From Escherichia phage vB_EcoM-UFV11, in sequence record OP555982.1: a DNA stretch of 64,000 bases; one strand, 5' to 3'. A program made the position numbers and the translations under genes. Below are positions 29,161 to 39,568 of the stretch, one piece after another. A model generated the notes under the pieces. It saw only the letters and a program-made list of their open reading frames with translations. It did not search any database and had not been told where the DNA came from. Position 1 is the first letter of the stretch, and every line of letters starts with the position of its first letter.

Positions 29161-30120
29161 TCACTTCCACTGCATTTCACATGCTAACTGAATGAAAAGA
29201 TAAACTAGATGCAATTCAGTATTAGCTGCAATACCATGATACTGATTATTTTCGCCGACAATTTCGTACATACGAATAATACTCTGTGGAGTTACACGTG
29301 AATAGATTTCTTCGGCAAGTTTACCCACGAACCACGAATAATCGGCTGCATATTTTGGCGCTAAAGCTCTGAGTTGTTTAACATCTTTATTTTTGAGAGA
29401 CTCAAGAACATCATCAATAGCACCACGATCGTTAGTAACCAGTGATAAAATACCAGCATCCAAAACACCTTTAGATGAATAACTATCGAGCTCGCCAATA
29501 GTTTTACGAAAATCAGGAAAATTCTTTTTAACCAAAGCTGCTACAACTTTCATATCAGCTATAGCAATTCCTTCATGCTTACAGATTTCAGTCAACCGAC
29601 GAATCATCTGCTTCATCATTTCAATTTTATCTTCATCGGTCGGTTGACCGAATGTGATAACTCGGCAGCGTGACTGAAGCGGTTTAATAATACCATCAAT
29701 ATTGTTAGCAGTAATAATAATACTACAGTTTGAGCTGTAAGCTTCCATAAAGGAACGAAGATGTCGCTGAGACTCTGCTAATCCTGAACGGTCAAATTCA
29801 TCAATAACGATTACTTTTTGACGACCGTCAAATGAAGCTGCGCTAGCAAAATTAGTCAAAGGACCACGAACGAAATCAATTTTACAATCTGATCCATTCA
29901 CAAACATCATATCAGCATTTACATCATGGCACAATGCTTTTGCTACAGTTGTTTTACCTGTTCCTGGAGAAGGAGAATGAAGAATAATATGTGGAATCTT
30001 ACCTTTACTTGTAATAGATTTAAAGGTTTCTTTATCAAAGGCGGGAAGAATACATTCATCGATAGTAGATGGACGATATTTCTGTTCAAGAATGTGTTCT
30101 TTTTCATTTACGGTAATCAT
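29161..30120 (-). CDS. 44: clamp loader large subunit gp44 (319 aa, AAA+)
   Basis: ATG at 30120 ([17 protein letters not shown]); Walker A GTGKTT. Confidence 0.9.
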   Translation of the reverse strand: MITVNEKEHILEQKYRPSTIDECILPAFDKETFKSITSKGKIPHIILHSPSPGTGKTTVAKALCHDVNADMMFVNGSDCKIDFVRGPLTNFASAASFDGRQKVIVIDEFDRSGLAESQRHLRSFMEAYSSNCSIIITANNIDGIIKPLQSRCRVITFGQPTDEDKIEMMKQMIRRLTEICKHEGIAIADMKVVAALVKKNFPDFRKTIGELDSYSSKGVLDAGILSLVTNDRGAIDDVLESLKNKDVKQLRALAPKYAADYSWFVGKLAEEIYSRVTPQSIIRMYEIVGENNQYHGIAANTELHLVYLFIQLACEMQWK

Positions 30121-30155
30121 AATTTCCTCATTCAAGTTTTAGTGTAAATTATAAA

Positions 30156-30169
30156 GGGCCGAAGCCCTC
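30156..30169 (-). terminator. hairpin AGGGC-UUCG-GCCCU
   Basis: UUCG hairpin downstream of gene 45. Confidence 0.45.
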
Positions 30170-30171
30170 TA

Positions 30172-30858
30172 TTAAAAATCGTGGGTAGAATCAGCTTCAA
30201 GAGCTACTACATAATTCGCGTGTTCACCTTCAAATTTAGCAGCACCTTGTTTACCTTTTGCCCAGAGCAGAAGTTTATAATTTCCTGGTTGCATTTTCAT
30301 ATTTGCCATATTGATAATGAAATTAAATGTATTTTCACCATCATAATCACCAAGAGTCAAAGAATATTTAACACGGGTCAGAGCAGAATCTTCTACTTTA
30401 TTAAAACCGTTAATTACGATTTTACCTTCTTTTACCGTGATAGCAATTGTATCAATCTGCAGACCACGAGATACACGCAACAGTTGTTGAAGGTCTTCAG
30501 CTTTAATTTCAGTAACAACAGATGCTACCGGGAATGGAATTGGTTTATTAGGAGCAACTACTGTACTCGGATCGGCTGCTGGCCAAAAAATTGTTGAACG
30601 GGCATCAGCAATTTTAATATTTCCATCTTCTGACTGGGAAATTTCTGCATCATCATTAACTAGAGACAGAATACCGAGAAAACCGTTCAAATCGTAAATT
30701 GCTACATCAAAATCAATAACGTCAGAAATATTTGCTTCCGCATAAGTTGTACCATTAACTGCGCGAGTCATAATAAATTGACCGGATTTAAGCATAATAC
30801 CAGAGTTAATAGTAGCGAAATTTTTAAGCAGAGCAGTAGTATCTTTAGACAGTTTCAT
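30172..30858 (-). CDS. 45: sliding clamp gp45 (228 aa)
   Basis: 228-aa ORF MKLSKDTTALLKNFATINSGI. Confidence 0.93.
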   Translation of the reverse strand: MKLSKDTTALLKNFATINSGIMLKSGQFIMTRAVNGTTYAEANISDVIDFDVAIYDLNGFLGILSLVNDDAEISQSEDGNIKIADARSTIFWPAADPSTVVAPNKPIPFPVASVVTEIKAEDLQQLLRVSRGLQIDTIAITVKEGKIVINGFNKVEDSALTRVKYSLTLGDYDGENTFNFIINMANMKMQPGNYKLLLWAKGKQGAAKFEGEHANYVVALEADSTHDF

Positions 30859-30913
30859 GTAATTTCCTTCAATTCAAATGAGATTTAATTTTATAACTAA
30901 TTTAATAAAGCAA

Positions 30914-31303
30914 TTAACGATTAAAATCAGCCGCAATTGTTTCCACAACAATTTGAGCAGCAACAATTAGACGTTCATCTGCATTACCACAATAATCATC
31001 TTCAAGGCGTTCACCGCATGAAGTCATAATAAATTTAGCACCGGCGTTTAGGGATTCTGTAGTATGTTTGCGCATTAGTTCAATCCATTTATTACTTACT
31101 TCACGATCGATAGCTTCATAATACGCATGACGAGCAGGTGCAGATTTAATTTTGTTCTGAATAACTTCCATTGCGTTATCAGAAAGAGACAAAACCCATG
31201 CTCGACGAATTTTATTTTGGTTTTGTGGATTTGATTCAGAACGCACGTGTTTTGGCTGAATATCTTTTACGTCAACAGTATAATTCACAGTAATTTTAGT
31301 CAT
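30914..31303 (-). CDS. rpbA: RNA polymerase binding protein RpbA-like (129 aa)
   Basis: 129-aa ORF directly upstream of 45. Confidence 0.6.
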   Translation of the reverse strand: MTKITVNYTVDVKDIQPKHVRSESNPQNQNKIRRAWVLSLSDNAMEVIQNKIKSAPARHAYYEAIDREVSNKWIELMRKHTTESLNAGAKFIMTSCGERLEDDYCGNADERLIVAAQIVVETIAADFNR

Positions 31304-31312
31304 AATACACCT

Positions 31313-31504
31313 TTAGTCATAATAATCAGTAACAGTCCAAGCTTCATTTCTATTGGACATTATTTTTGTATATTCTGCTTTAAATGCATTCCTAAGCATA
31401 GATTCAGTAACTATATGCTCTTCATTAGAAAAATTATTTCTCAGAATATATCGTTTTATTTCAGGAATAGTTAATAGATGCTGTCCAGTTGAATATTCTG
31501 CCAC
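31313..31504 (-). CDS. hypothetical protein
   Basis: 63-aa ORF. Confidence 0.5.
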   Translation of the reverse strand: MAEYSTGQHLLTIPEIKRYILRNNFSNEEHIVTESMLRNAFKAEYTKIMSNRNEAWTVTDYYD

Positions 31505-31514
31505 AGTTCCTCCG

Positions 31515-31522
31515 TATAAATA
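31515..31522 (+). promoter_or_regulatory. T4 late promoter TATAAATA (plus strand)
   Basis: exact TATAAATA ~34 nt upstream of HNH gene ATG. Confidence 0.5.
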
Positions 31523-31555
31523 TGTTTATCACTCGCTGTATCAAAAGGATATGTT

Positions 31556-32272
31556 ATGAATTATAAACTAATTTATGAAAAGTTAATCTCTAATGCTAAA
31601 TCTCGAAAACTTGATTGCTATACTGAATCTCATCACATTATACCGCGCTGTTTAAATGGAAGTGATGATGCTTCAAACTTAGTAGATTTAACACCAGAAG
31701 AGCACTATGTAGCTCATCAACTTTTAGTAAAAATTTATCCTTCTGAACCAAAATTAGTCTATGCTGCTAACATGATGACAGTTTCTACGAAATACGCTAA
31801 ACGCAACAATAAAACTTTCGGTTGGATTCGTCGTAAACTCTGGGAAATAGAAAAGAACAAAGAATTCTCCCAGGAGACACGAAAGAAAATGTCTGATGCA
31901 GTAGCTAATAAAGCAAGATTAACTTGTCCTCATTGCGGTAAGTCTGGATTAAGCGGAAATATGAATCGTTGGCATTTTGATAACTGCCCAAATCACCCTA
32001 ATCCTAAAATTAGACCACCAATGTCTAAAGAACACAGAAATAATATCTCAAACGGGCTTAAAGCAATCGTTCTTGAAGAAACATCCTGCGAATTCTGCGG
32101 AATGATAGGCAAGAAATGCGTTATCGCAGCGCATAGAAATTTCTGCAAGAAAAATCCAAATGGACGCAAGAAAACTGAAAAGACTGGTACTTGCGTCCAT
32201 TGTGGTAAAGTTACCACTTTCGGAAATTTATCAAGATGGCATAATGATAACTGTAAATATAAACTTAGCTAA
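31556..32272 (+). CDS. HNH homing endonuclease with three C-terminal Cys-His zinc-finger repeats
   Basis: 238-aa plus-strand ORF; HNH motif ESHHIIPRCLNGSDDASNLVDLTPEEHYVAH; three CxxCGK...RWHxDNC repeats. Confidence 0.8.
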   Translation: MNYKLIYEKLISNAKSRKLDCYTESHHIIPRCLNGSDDASNLVDLTPEEHYVAHQLLVKIYPSEPKLVYAANMMTVSTKYAKRNNKTFGWIRRKLWEIEKNKEFSQETRKKMSDAVANKARLTCPHCGKSGLSGNMNRWHFDNCPNHPNPKIRPPMSKEHRNNISNGLKAIVLEETSCEFCGMIGKKCVIAAHRNFCKKNPNGRKKTEKTGTCVHCGKVTTFGNLSRWHNDNCKYKLS

Positions 32273-33953
32273 TCTTAGCTAAACTAAATCTACCAACTTT
32301 TTCCATCTGAATATGCTGACCATATTCTTGTGGGTCATGGTCTTTATGTGAAATTATGAAGAAGTTGGTATCCTTCAAACCATCTAAAATTTTAGCTACA
32401 TTTTTAATACCTTCAGCATCAAATGCACCGTCATACACTTCATCAAGAAATAAACAACTTATTTTAACACCTGAAACTTTTTCAGCAATATCACGCCAAG
32501 TAAATAAAAGAGCAATATCAATTCGCGCTTTTTCACCTTGACTGAATGAAGCATAACTAAAATCTTCACGACCACGGGATTTAATTGTCTCATTAAATTC
32601 TTCATCTAATGTAAACACATAATCCGCTTCCATTATTTTAAGATAATGGTTAATCTGCTTATTAAATAATGGAATGTACTTTTTAATAATAGCACCTTTA
32701 ATACCAGAATCTTTGAGCATATCAGTCAAAATTCCTCGGTGGTATTTTTCCATTACTAAATTAGTTTTTGTCTTAACAATTTTATCAAGTTCTTCTTGAA
32801 GCAGTGCTATTTCATCAGCATGGTCAATAAACTCAGAAGATGCTTTTTCTATAGCCGCTTTAACCTTTTTAGCTTTATCTACTGCTGCGATCAGAGATTG
32901 CTTTTTATTGCGAATATCATTTGCCAACGACTGCTGGGTTTTAATATTATCTCGGTATTCATCAACAAGAACTTTTAAATTATCACGATGTGTTGAAAGA
33001 TGTTCAAACGAATGCGTGCATTCAGAAACTTTATCTTTAATTTTAGAAACAACTTTATCACCGGAACTTAATTGTGACAAACAGGTTGGACATAATCCAC
33101 CTTCGTGATACATATTAATGACTTTATTATACGAGTCAATTTTTGATTTAATTAAAACTGCTTCTTGACCGATTTTATTAAATGCATCAGTCGGGTCTTC
33201 ATCTAAAACAATATTAACTAATCTTTCATTAGCTTCTTCTATTTCCGATTTTAGCGTTCTAGCTTCTTTTGCCAAATCATCATACATATTTTGAAGACGA
33301 GTAAGGTTGTCACCCGTTAATTTTTTCTGGCGTTCAACGTTATCATTATATATTTTAATTTGTTGGATAATACTATCTTTTTTAACATCAAGCACTTGGT
33401 TTTGTGAATTTAATTCACGTATTAGTGCTTTATTAAGCTTATCCATTTCAGCTAATGTTCCTACCTCGAGCAGGTCTTCCACAAGCTTTCTTCGCGCAGG
33501 GGTCGACAAACCCATGAAAGGGGTATACCCTGCTGTACCAAGGACAACAATCTGCTTGAAACTGGCATATGACATTCCGATAAGCTGTTCAAATTCTGCT
33601 TGGAAATCTTTACTGCTGGCAGATTCATTAAGACGTGTACCGTTAACGGTGATTTCGAAAACGTTTGGTTTTTGTCCTCTTTTGATATAATACTTTTTCT
33701 CATCATATTCCATCCACAGTTCAACTAAAAGTTCTTTCTTATTTGTGCTGTTTATTAATTGACCTTTCTTTACATCACGAAATGGCTTGCCAAAAAGCCC
33801 AAATGTGATGGCTTCTAACATAGTAGACTTACCACCGCCATTTCGTCCAGTAATAAGAGTTTTTTGAACCTTATCTAATTGAATGTCAATAGGATTTCCA
33901 CCTACTGACATTATATTTTGATACCTAACTCGGTTTAGTTTAAAATTCTTCAC
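32265..33953 (-). CDS. 46: recombination endonuclease subunit gp46 (Rad50/SbcC-like)
   Basis: 562-aa ORF; Walker A GRNGGGKST, coiled coil with CPTC hook, signature SQGEKA. Confidence 0.93.
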   Translation of the reverse strand: MKNFKLNRVRYQNIMSVGGNPIDIQLDKVQKTLITGRNGGGKSTMLEAITFGLFGKPFRDVKKGQLINSTNKKELLVELWMEYDEKKYYIKRGQKPNVFEITVNGTRLNESASSKDFQAEFEQLIGMSYASFKQIVVLGTAGYTPFMGLSTPARRKLVEDLLEVGTLAEMDKLNKALIRELNSQNQVLDVKKDSIIQQIKIYNDNVERQKKLTGDNLTRLQNMYDDLAKEARTLKSEIEEANERLVNIVLDEDPTDAFNKIGQEAVLIKSKIDSYNKVINMYHEGGLCPTCLSQLSSGDKVVSKIKDKVSECTHSFEHLSTHRDNLKVLVDEYRDNIKTQQSLANDIRNKKQSLIAAVDKAKKVKAAIEKASSEFIDHADEIALLQEELDKIVKTKTNLVMEKYHRGILTDMLKDSGIKGAIIKKYIPLFNKQINHYLKIMEADYVFTLDEEFNETIKSRGREDFSYASFSQGEKARIDIALLFTWRDIAEKVSGVKISCLFLDEVYDGAFDAEGIKNVAKILDGLKDTNFFIISHKDHDPQEYGQHIQMEKVGRFSLAKIS

Positions 33954-34213
33954 AAAAGATTCCTTTTAATGTATCTTTTAGACCATTCTATCATATCATC
34001 ATAATCTAAAAAGTATTCATCAAATTCAGCCATGCAAACAACACCTTGTGCTGCTTTTGATGTGATATAAATTATTCCAACATATCTAGAATCTTCTTCG
34101 GTATAATCAATATTTGCTATGAATTCATCATTAATGTCAAATGTCGAAAACTTCACAGTATGCATCCTTAATACAAGATACAGCCATATCTTGTAATGAT
34201 TTAGGTGTATCAT
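33950..34213 (-). CDS. hypothetical protein
   Basis: 87-aa ORF. Confidence 0.45.
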   Translation of the reverse strand: MIHLNHYKIWLYLVLRMHTVKFSTFDINDEFIANIDYTEEDSRYVGIIYITSKAAQGVVCMAEFDEYFLDYDDMIEWSKRYIKRNLL

Positions 34214-34400
34214 TATCTAAAATGTTGAAGTTAAAAGATACAGCCCAATCTGTACAGACCGTAACCTTTTTAATACAATTATCTTCAACCTCTAACGGTT
34301 CAAACCAATATTCAATAATTTCTTTATGCCCAATATCATCTTTTACTTCGCATTCAAAATGCTGACTCATCATAACATTTTTAAATTCATCAAAAGTCAT
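34137..34400 (-). CDS. hypothetical protein
   Basis: 87-aa ORF, overlaps neighbour. Confidence 0.45.
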   Translation of the reverse strand: MTFDEFKNVMMSQHFECEVKDDIGHKEIIEYWFEPLEVEDNCIKKVTVCTDWAVSFNFNILDNDTPKSLQDMAVSCIKDAYCEVFDI

Positions 34401-35416
34401 TGTGTTGCCTCTACATATAGCTGGTTTGCATATTGAATAAGTGCTTCACGATCAGAATCAGTGATGTCTGGAATTGCATTAATGTATTCTTCCATCAACG
34501 TCTGAAGAGATTGAACTTCAACTTCTTCACTGTCATCTGACTCGACAGAGTTATCAATTTTTGACACAACTCGTAATGAATGCACAACTTTTTCTAGTTC
34601 AGATTCGAACTTCGTCAGATTTTTGTCTACTTCAGTTACTATAACACGTACTGATAGATTTGTAAAATCTTTATAGTCAATTTTTCCTTTAAATGGATAA
34701 TGAATTCTACGATGCCAGGTAGTATTGTTTGGAATAAATTCCATTCGTTCTGTTTCTGTATCAAACATCCAGAACCCACGAGGGTCATTCTCGTCACCTG
34801 CAGTTAGTGTCCATGGTGTCCCAATATATCTGACGTTAGCAGCCTCAGAGATAGTATGGAAGTGACCAGACCACACTTCTTTATAAGTCTTAAGGAAATC
34901 AGGTTCAAGACCATGAGATTTCATTCCTTTATAAAAATAAAATCCGTTCAGTTCCCAGTGACCGACGCAAAAAGAAGCAGATGAAGTTTTGATGTGCTCA
35001 AGAATTTCACCAGTATTTTCTTCACACATCCAAGGAATTAAATCAATTAAACATCCGTCAAAATCTACTGTAGTAGGCTTATCATATACTTTAACATTAG
35101 GATATTTAGCCAAAAGCTCAGTAGAAGCATTTGGATGCATTACATTTTTATAGTGGAGATCGTGATTTCCTACAATAGTATGTAGGGTAATACCAGCATC
35201 ATCAAGCATTTGAACTATTTCACGGGCAAACTCCATAGTTTTATGCGTGATCGCTTTTCGCACATCAAAAATATCACCGTATTGAATCCAAGTAGTAATT
35301 CCATTTTTCTTAGAATATTCTATCGCTTGCTTAATTCCATCAATTTGAATACCGCGAATCCACTCATCATCGGCTTTAACGCCTAAATGCCAATCACCTA
35401 AATTTAAAATTTTCAT
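34397..35416 (-). CDS. 47: recombination nuclease subunit gp47 (Mre11/SbcD-like)
   Basis: 339-aa ORF; phosphoesterase motifs GDWHLG, GNHD, GHFH. Confidence 0.93.
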   Translation of the reverse strand: MKILNLGDWHLGVKADDEWIRGIQIDGIKQAIEYSKKNGITTWIQYGDIFDVRKAITHKTMEFAREIVQMLDDAGITLHTIVGNHDLHYKNVMHPNASTELLAKYPNVKVYDKPTTVDFDGCLIDLIPWMCEENTGEILEHIKTSSASFCVGHWELNGFYFYKGMKSHGLEPDFLKTYKEVWSGHFHTISEAANVRYIGTPWTLTAGDENDPRGFWMFDTETERMEFIPNNTTWHRRIHYPFKGKIDYKDFTNLSVRVIVTEVDKNLTKFESELEKVVHSLRVVSKIDNSVESDDSEEVEVQSLQTLMEEYINAIPDITDSDREALIQYANQLYVEATQ

Positions 35417-35568
35417 ATATCAAGAACCGTCATTGAAATGCAAAATAAAATTATTGAAATAAAACCATCTGGAGTACTAAAGAATCCAACCCAACACGCT
35501 CTAGTGAAAAGATAAAACGCGAGAAAAAGTATCACATATCCAAGAAATATCATTATATCAAACTCCAT
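35413..35568 (-). CDS. small hydrophobic membrane protein
   Basis: 51-aa ORF; stop overlaps gene 47 ATG (ATGA). Confidence 0.35.
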   Translation of the reverse strand: MEFDIMIFLGYVILFLAFYLFTRACWVGFFSTPDGFISIILFCISMTVLDI

Positions 35569-35576
35569 ATAAAGCT

Positions 35577-35594
35577 AAAGGGCCGAAGCCCTTT
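35577..35594 (-). terminator. hairpin AAAGGGC-UUCG-GCCCUUU
   Basis: UUCG hairpin immediately after a-gt stop. Confidence 0.5.
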
Positions 35595-36795
35595 ATTTTG
35601 TAATAATGTCAAACTGCTCTTTAAAGCAGAAGCTTGAATCTTGGTGCTGATACAAAAATTCATAAGCTTTTTCGCGTTCACGGTCATAAAGAGTTCGGTC
35701 AGATGACAGTTCTTTAATACGTTCAAATGTTGATTCCATGTCATTTTCATCAAACCAAATGATACCGCTATCATGCGAGGTCAAAGGAGTATTATCAACA
35801 CGGAATTTTAAATTTTCGCCTGTAGATTTCCAAAATACCGGAATTGTTCCACATGCACCAAGCTCGAGATGAGTATATTCTAAAGAACGTTGTAGATATT
35901 TTTTGTCCAACTTACTCAGCTGATAACCAAATCCGGATTTACTCATGCGTTCAAGCATTTCGCTATTTACATAACGGTCAAGAATTTGCGTTGGCAAATT
36001 AGGAGCAATTTTAATTTGGTCTACTTGATGAAGACGATAATACTCGTATGGAATTCCTTTTTCTTTAATAGGAATGAACGCTGGAGAACGTTCCAGACCT
36101 TCCATAATAGTACTTAGTCCTGCAGGTTTAAGATGTTTTTCATGAAAATCAAACATCTGATAAAAACCTTTCCACGTAGTAGTACGACCAATCCAACGAT
36201 TGATATTCATGTTAATTTCAGAAACATCTTTCCAGTAGGTTGATCGAACCTTTGCAATATCCATCGGAGGCTGAAAGTTATATACTGTCGGTGCTTCTTC
36301 AATATCATCAAACAGAGAAACTGTTTCAGGATACCATTCTTTCATCAGAACTTTATTAAAATCGCCATTATCAGAATGGCTAAAAATAACATCAGCTCGA
36401 CGAACAGTTTCTTCTAATCCCAAATTTCGACGCAAAGAAAGAGAAGAATGGTCATGTTGATAAACTACAACACGAACAGAAGGTTTAATGTTATCAATAA
36501 TTTTTTTATAGTTATTAATAGTGTCTTCTTCAACTGAAGTAGCAGGAACTGAATTGATAATTAGAATATCACAATCATTTACCAGCTTAAGTGTTTTATC
36601 GTATTCTTTTGCCAATAAAACCGGAATTGAAAATGATTTATAATCATGCGCGCAATTACGAGTAAATGATTTATCTTTAGCATAAACCAAAGTTACTTCA
36701 TGACCATTTTTAATAAACCAATCACGTTGCTCAAGAGAAAATTTAGTTACACCACAACCTTCAAGACCTCGAGCCATAAAAATACATACTTTCAT
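35593..36795 (-). CDS. a-gt: DNA alpha-glucosyltransferase (400 aa)
   Basis: 400-aa ORF matching recalled T4 alpha-gt. Confidence 0.88.
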   Translation of the reverse strand: MKVCIFMARGLEGCGVTKFSLEQRDWFIKNGHEVTLVYAKDKSFTRNCAHDYKSFSIPVLLAKEYDKTLKLVNDCDILIINSVPATSVEEDTINNYKKIIDNIKPSVRVVVYQHDHSSLSLRRNLGLEETVRRADVIFSHSDNGDFNKVLMKEWYPETVSLFDDIEEAPTVYNFQPPMDIAKVRSTYWKDVSEINMNINRWIGRTTTWKGFYQMFDFHEKHLKPAGLSTIMEGLERSPAFIPIKEKGIPYEYYRLHQVDQIKIAPNLPTQILDRYVNSEMLERMSKSGFGYQLSKLDKKYLQRSLEYTHLELGACGTIPVFWKSTGENLKFRVDNTPLTSHDSGIIWFDENDMESTFERIKELSSDRTLYDREREKAYEFLYQHQDSSFCFKEQFDIITK

Positions 36796-36845
36796 TTAAT
36801 ATCCTCTTTGTTTTGGTTTATTTTACCAAAAATTTATAAAGCAAT

Positions 36846-36865
36846 ATAGGAGCCGAAGCTCCTAT
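36846..36865 (-). terminator. hairpin GGAGC-UUCG-GCUCC
   Basis: UUCG hairpin overlapping stop of small ORF. Confidence 0.4.
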
Positions 36866-37032
36866 CCGCATAATACACCATACAAAGGCTCATTAGAGCT
36901 TCTAAATTTTATGCGCTTATATGTTATAGTTCCTTCTGCTTTAGCTTTATCATGAGACTCTTTAAAGCGTCTCATCATTTCCTTTTTAGAGGAACGAATT
37001 TTATAATCTATTTCAGAAGTCTGGGTGTTCAT
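36862..37032 (-). CDS. hypothetical small protein
   Basis: 56-aa ORF between 37036 gene and a-gt. Confidence 0.35.
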   Translation of the reverse strand: MNTQTSEIDYKIRSSKKEMMRRFKESHDKAKAEGTITYKRIKFRSSNEPLYGVLCG

Positions 37033-37035
37033 CTT

Positions 37036-37242
37036 TCATAACTGCCACCATTTTTTGACTTGATAAGAATCAACCCACACTTTCATATTAGGGTCTGCTC
37101 TTACAATAGGAGGATTAACTTCTTTAATTGAACTATCATGGTATTCTTTTTCAGAAATTTTCACACAAAGATGACCATTCAAAGATTCAGTAAATCCTGC
37201 ATTAATTTTAAGACGCTTGAATTTTACGTGTGTAAGCATCAA
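37036..37242 (-). CDS. hypothetical protein
   Basis: 68-aa ORF. Confidence 0.5.
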   Translation of the reverse strand: MMLTHVKFKRLKINAGFTESLNGHLCVKISEKEYHDSSIKEVNPPIVRADPNMKVWVDSYQVKKWWQL

Positions 37243-37525
37243 TCATATCCTCAATCTGCGATCTAGTAGTCTTCCAAAGAATACTAATGAGTTCATCGTT
37301 ATATGGCTGTTTTAGAATATCCCGACTTTTCTTGATAGCATATTCGTATTGAGCAAAATTATTATTTTCAGCTGCAATCTGAGCGTGCTTATAAAGACGA
37401 TTCAGTTCGCGTTTGTTTTTAGACAATAACTTATTTGCTTTTCTTTCTGCTTCAAGACGGTTCTTTTCTTCAATAGAAGAAATAAGCTTTTCCACTTCAT
37501 CATTAATTTCGGGTTTATCAGTCAT
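37208..37525 (-). CDS. hypothetical protein
   Basis: 105-aa ORF, predicted helical. Confidence 0.5.
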   Translation of the reverse strand: MTDKPEINDEVEKLISSIEEKNRLEAERKANKLLSKNKRELNRLYKHAQIAAENNNFAQYEYAIKKSRDILKQPYNDELISILWKTTRSQIEDMIDAYTRKIQAS

Positions 37526-37526
37526 A

Positions 37527-37745
37527 TTATTTCTCTAATATAAAATAAAAATCATCATCTGTTAAATGATACCGATAGTTTAATTCTACACCATTAGATT
37601 TAAAAGCGGTATCATACGGATTTTCTGGATCAATATCAATGTCAAGAGCTAAAACTTCCCTGAGATACATTTTAAGTAAATAGGGAATAGCTTCAACTTC
37701 AGGTATTTCTTCCAAGAATCCGGAGAGGTTAATCGTTAGCCTCAT
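37527..37745 (-). CDS. hypothetical protein
   Basis: 72-aa ORF. Confidence 0.5.
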
Positions 37746-38286
37746 ATAAAAAATCCAAACTAGGAGAATCGTCTACAACACTTTTCTTTTCAGCCCCCGG
37801 TGTTCTATAGGTTGATTCTTCGTAATGCGTCATTTTATCGTAGATGTCTTGAATAAAAGTTTCATCTACTAACGCAACCATATCGTCGTCACGGCTGTCA
37901 TAGACATTGTGAACGAAGTAACTATATTTCTTTGCAACTTCCTTACGTTCTTTTTTAATACGTTGGACGAATGCATTAAAACAAGCTTGAGTTATATACG
38001 CATGTGGGTTTTTATATTTCGTTTCATCAAAATTATGAAGCCCCTTAATAGAAGCTTCTATACCATCTGCAATCATTTCTTGTTTCCAAGATTGGGTGTA
38101 TCCTGAAAAGTTGAAACGTTTAGATAAGCCTTCTGCAATAAGCATAATGGCTAATCCGATAGTATCATTCTGACGAACTACTTTATTTGGGTCTTTATTA
38201 TTTGCTAATTCTGTTTTCCAATCAATAATAGCTTGTAAAAGCTCTTTATTGTTTACGTAATTATATTTAGGCTTAGTTTCTGACAT
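37729..38286 (-). CDS. 55: late transcription sigma factor gp55 (185 aa)
   Basis: ATG at 38286 gives [24 protein letters not shown]4 gp55-like. Confidence 0.88.
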
Positions 38287-38364
38287 TTTCACCTCTTAGC
38301 TCAATTCATAGATCTATTATATCATAATATTTGAAGATCTATCTTAAAGCATAGAGGATATCAG

Positions 38365-38634
38365 TTATCTAAGTAAACAGTATGCTTGGAACACTTTCTC
38401 CATCATCTTTTTAAATTCATGAATATCTATATAATGACTAGTTAGATCAGCATGATATAAAAAGTCTAAAAACTTTTCATGTGTACTAACATATTCGCTT
38501 TCATTTAATTCAGAAACATGGCTTTCCCAATATCCAACACCAGTCTTATTTGGGAAAAATGAAATTTTCATGTATTGGTCAACATAGAAAATGCCATAAT
38601 TTTCAATAGTAATAGAAATATTAATAAATTTCAT
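38365..38634 (-). CDS. hypothetical protein
   Basis: 89-aa ORF. Confidence 0.5.
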   Translation of the reverse strand: MKFINISITIENYGIFYVDQYMKISFFPNKTGVGYWESHVSELNESEYVSTHEKFLDFLYHADLTSHYIDIHEFKKMMEKVFQAYCLLR

Positions 38635-38846
38635 ACATTCATCAACTTAGCCGCTTCAAGAGCTGCATCTAGTGAATCAAATTGGTCAACATATTCAATC
38701 AATTCGCCGTAATTAGCGTATAACCACCATTGACTGAATTCATATTCAAGGATAAATCCATTTCCCTCAATTTGAGTTAAACCATTGCCGTTTGTATTTA
38801 CTTCATATCCGGCAAGACGCAAATCGTTAATAAGAGCTTCGTTCAT
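38631..38846 (-). CDS. hypothetical protein
   Basis: 71-aa ORF. Confidence 0.5.
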   Translation of the reverse strand: MNEALINDLRLAGYEVNTNGNGLTQIEGNGFILEYEFSQWWLYANYGELIEYVDQFDSLDAALEAAKLMNV

Positions 38847-38848
38847 AA

Positions 38849-39175
38849 TTATACCTTAGTAATTTTCAGGTCTGCAAATTTTTTCTTGCGTTGATTTTTC
38901 ATGCGACGAATAGTTTTATCGGAAATTTCATGCTTTTGATAAGCTTTAGATTCTACACCGAAAGCTTTAACATCAAATTCTGACAAGATATATTGAACCA
39001 ACAATTCGCGGATAGTGTTGCGTCCAATCTTCTGATCATTCTGTTTCATCGTCTGATGAAGCTCTTTTTCCCATTTATCCAAAATTTGAGGAGTTACAAT
39101 ATCGCCTTTTTCTAACAAAGAAACTACTTTATCATATGCGTAAGAATTGATGGCGTTTTTAATTTGAATAGTCAT
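38849..39175 (-). CDS. hypothetical protein
   Basis: 108-aa ORF. Confidence 0.5.
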   Translation of the reverse strand: MTIQIKNAINSYAYDKVVSLLEKGDIVTPQILDKWEKELHQTMKQNDQKIGRNTIRELLVQYILSEFDVKAFGVESKAYQKHEISDKTIRRMKNQRKKKFADLKITKV

Positions 39176-39214
39176 ACATTATCCTCAATTGCATTAAAAT
39201 TTTATTATCCAAAA

Positions 39215-39230
39215 AAGGGCCGAAGCCCTT
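39215..39230 (-). terminator. hairpin AAGGGC-UUCG-GCCCUU plus U-run
   Basis: UUCG hairpin followed by T-run on minus strand. Confidence 0.55.
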
Positions 39231-39429
39231 AGCTAAACTTTTTGGCACCCTTCCAGCCTTCGTACATCATTGCGGCTGATATTAATATTGCTCCTGAGCA
39301 ACTTGAATATTTGTGATTCCAAAACCAGTTTAGAAAAACTTCGTCATCAATACCTTGGGCTATCATATTTTCAAAGAACTGACGACGAGATTCGGCAATT
39401 CGTTGCGATAATTTAGATTCAGGATTCAT
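39229..39429 (-). CDS. hypothetical protein
   Basis: 66-aa ORF. Confidence 0.45.
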   Translation of the reverse strand: MNPESKLSQRIAESRRQFFENMIAQGIDDEVFLNWFWNHKYSSCSGAILISAAMMYEGWKGAKKFS

Positions 39430-39561
39430 TTAAATTTTCCAGTTACCATTTTCATCAATAAATTTAATCCAGTCATTTACTGACCACTTAGTTGTATCAC
39501 CTTTTGGAGTAACATTTAAAGTATATAACCCCTGCTTAAAAAGCATTCGTTTGATATTCAT
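39430..39561 (-). CDS. hypothetical small protein
   Basis: ATG at 39561 with SD GAGGA; longer ORF-track start overlaps upstream gene. Confidence 0.35.
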   Translation of the reverse strand: MNIKRMLFKQGLYTLNVTPKGDTTKWSVNDWIKFIDENGNWKI

Positions 39562-39568
39562 ATTTTCC

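Larger units (their letters stand above)
31515..32272 (+). mobile_element. free-standing homing endonuclease cassette
   Basis: opposite-strand HNH gene with own late promoter, 3' end overlaps gene 46 convergently. Confidence 0.6.

Noticed and set aside
30181-30597. 138-aa plus-strand ORF
   Set aside because: Lies entirely antisense within gene 45
35553-35774. 73-aa ORF
   Set aside because: Embedded in the 3' end of the a-gt coding region in another frame
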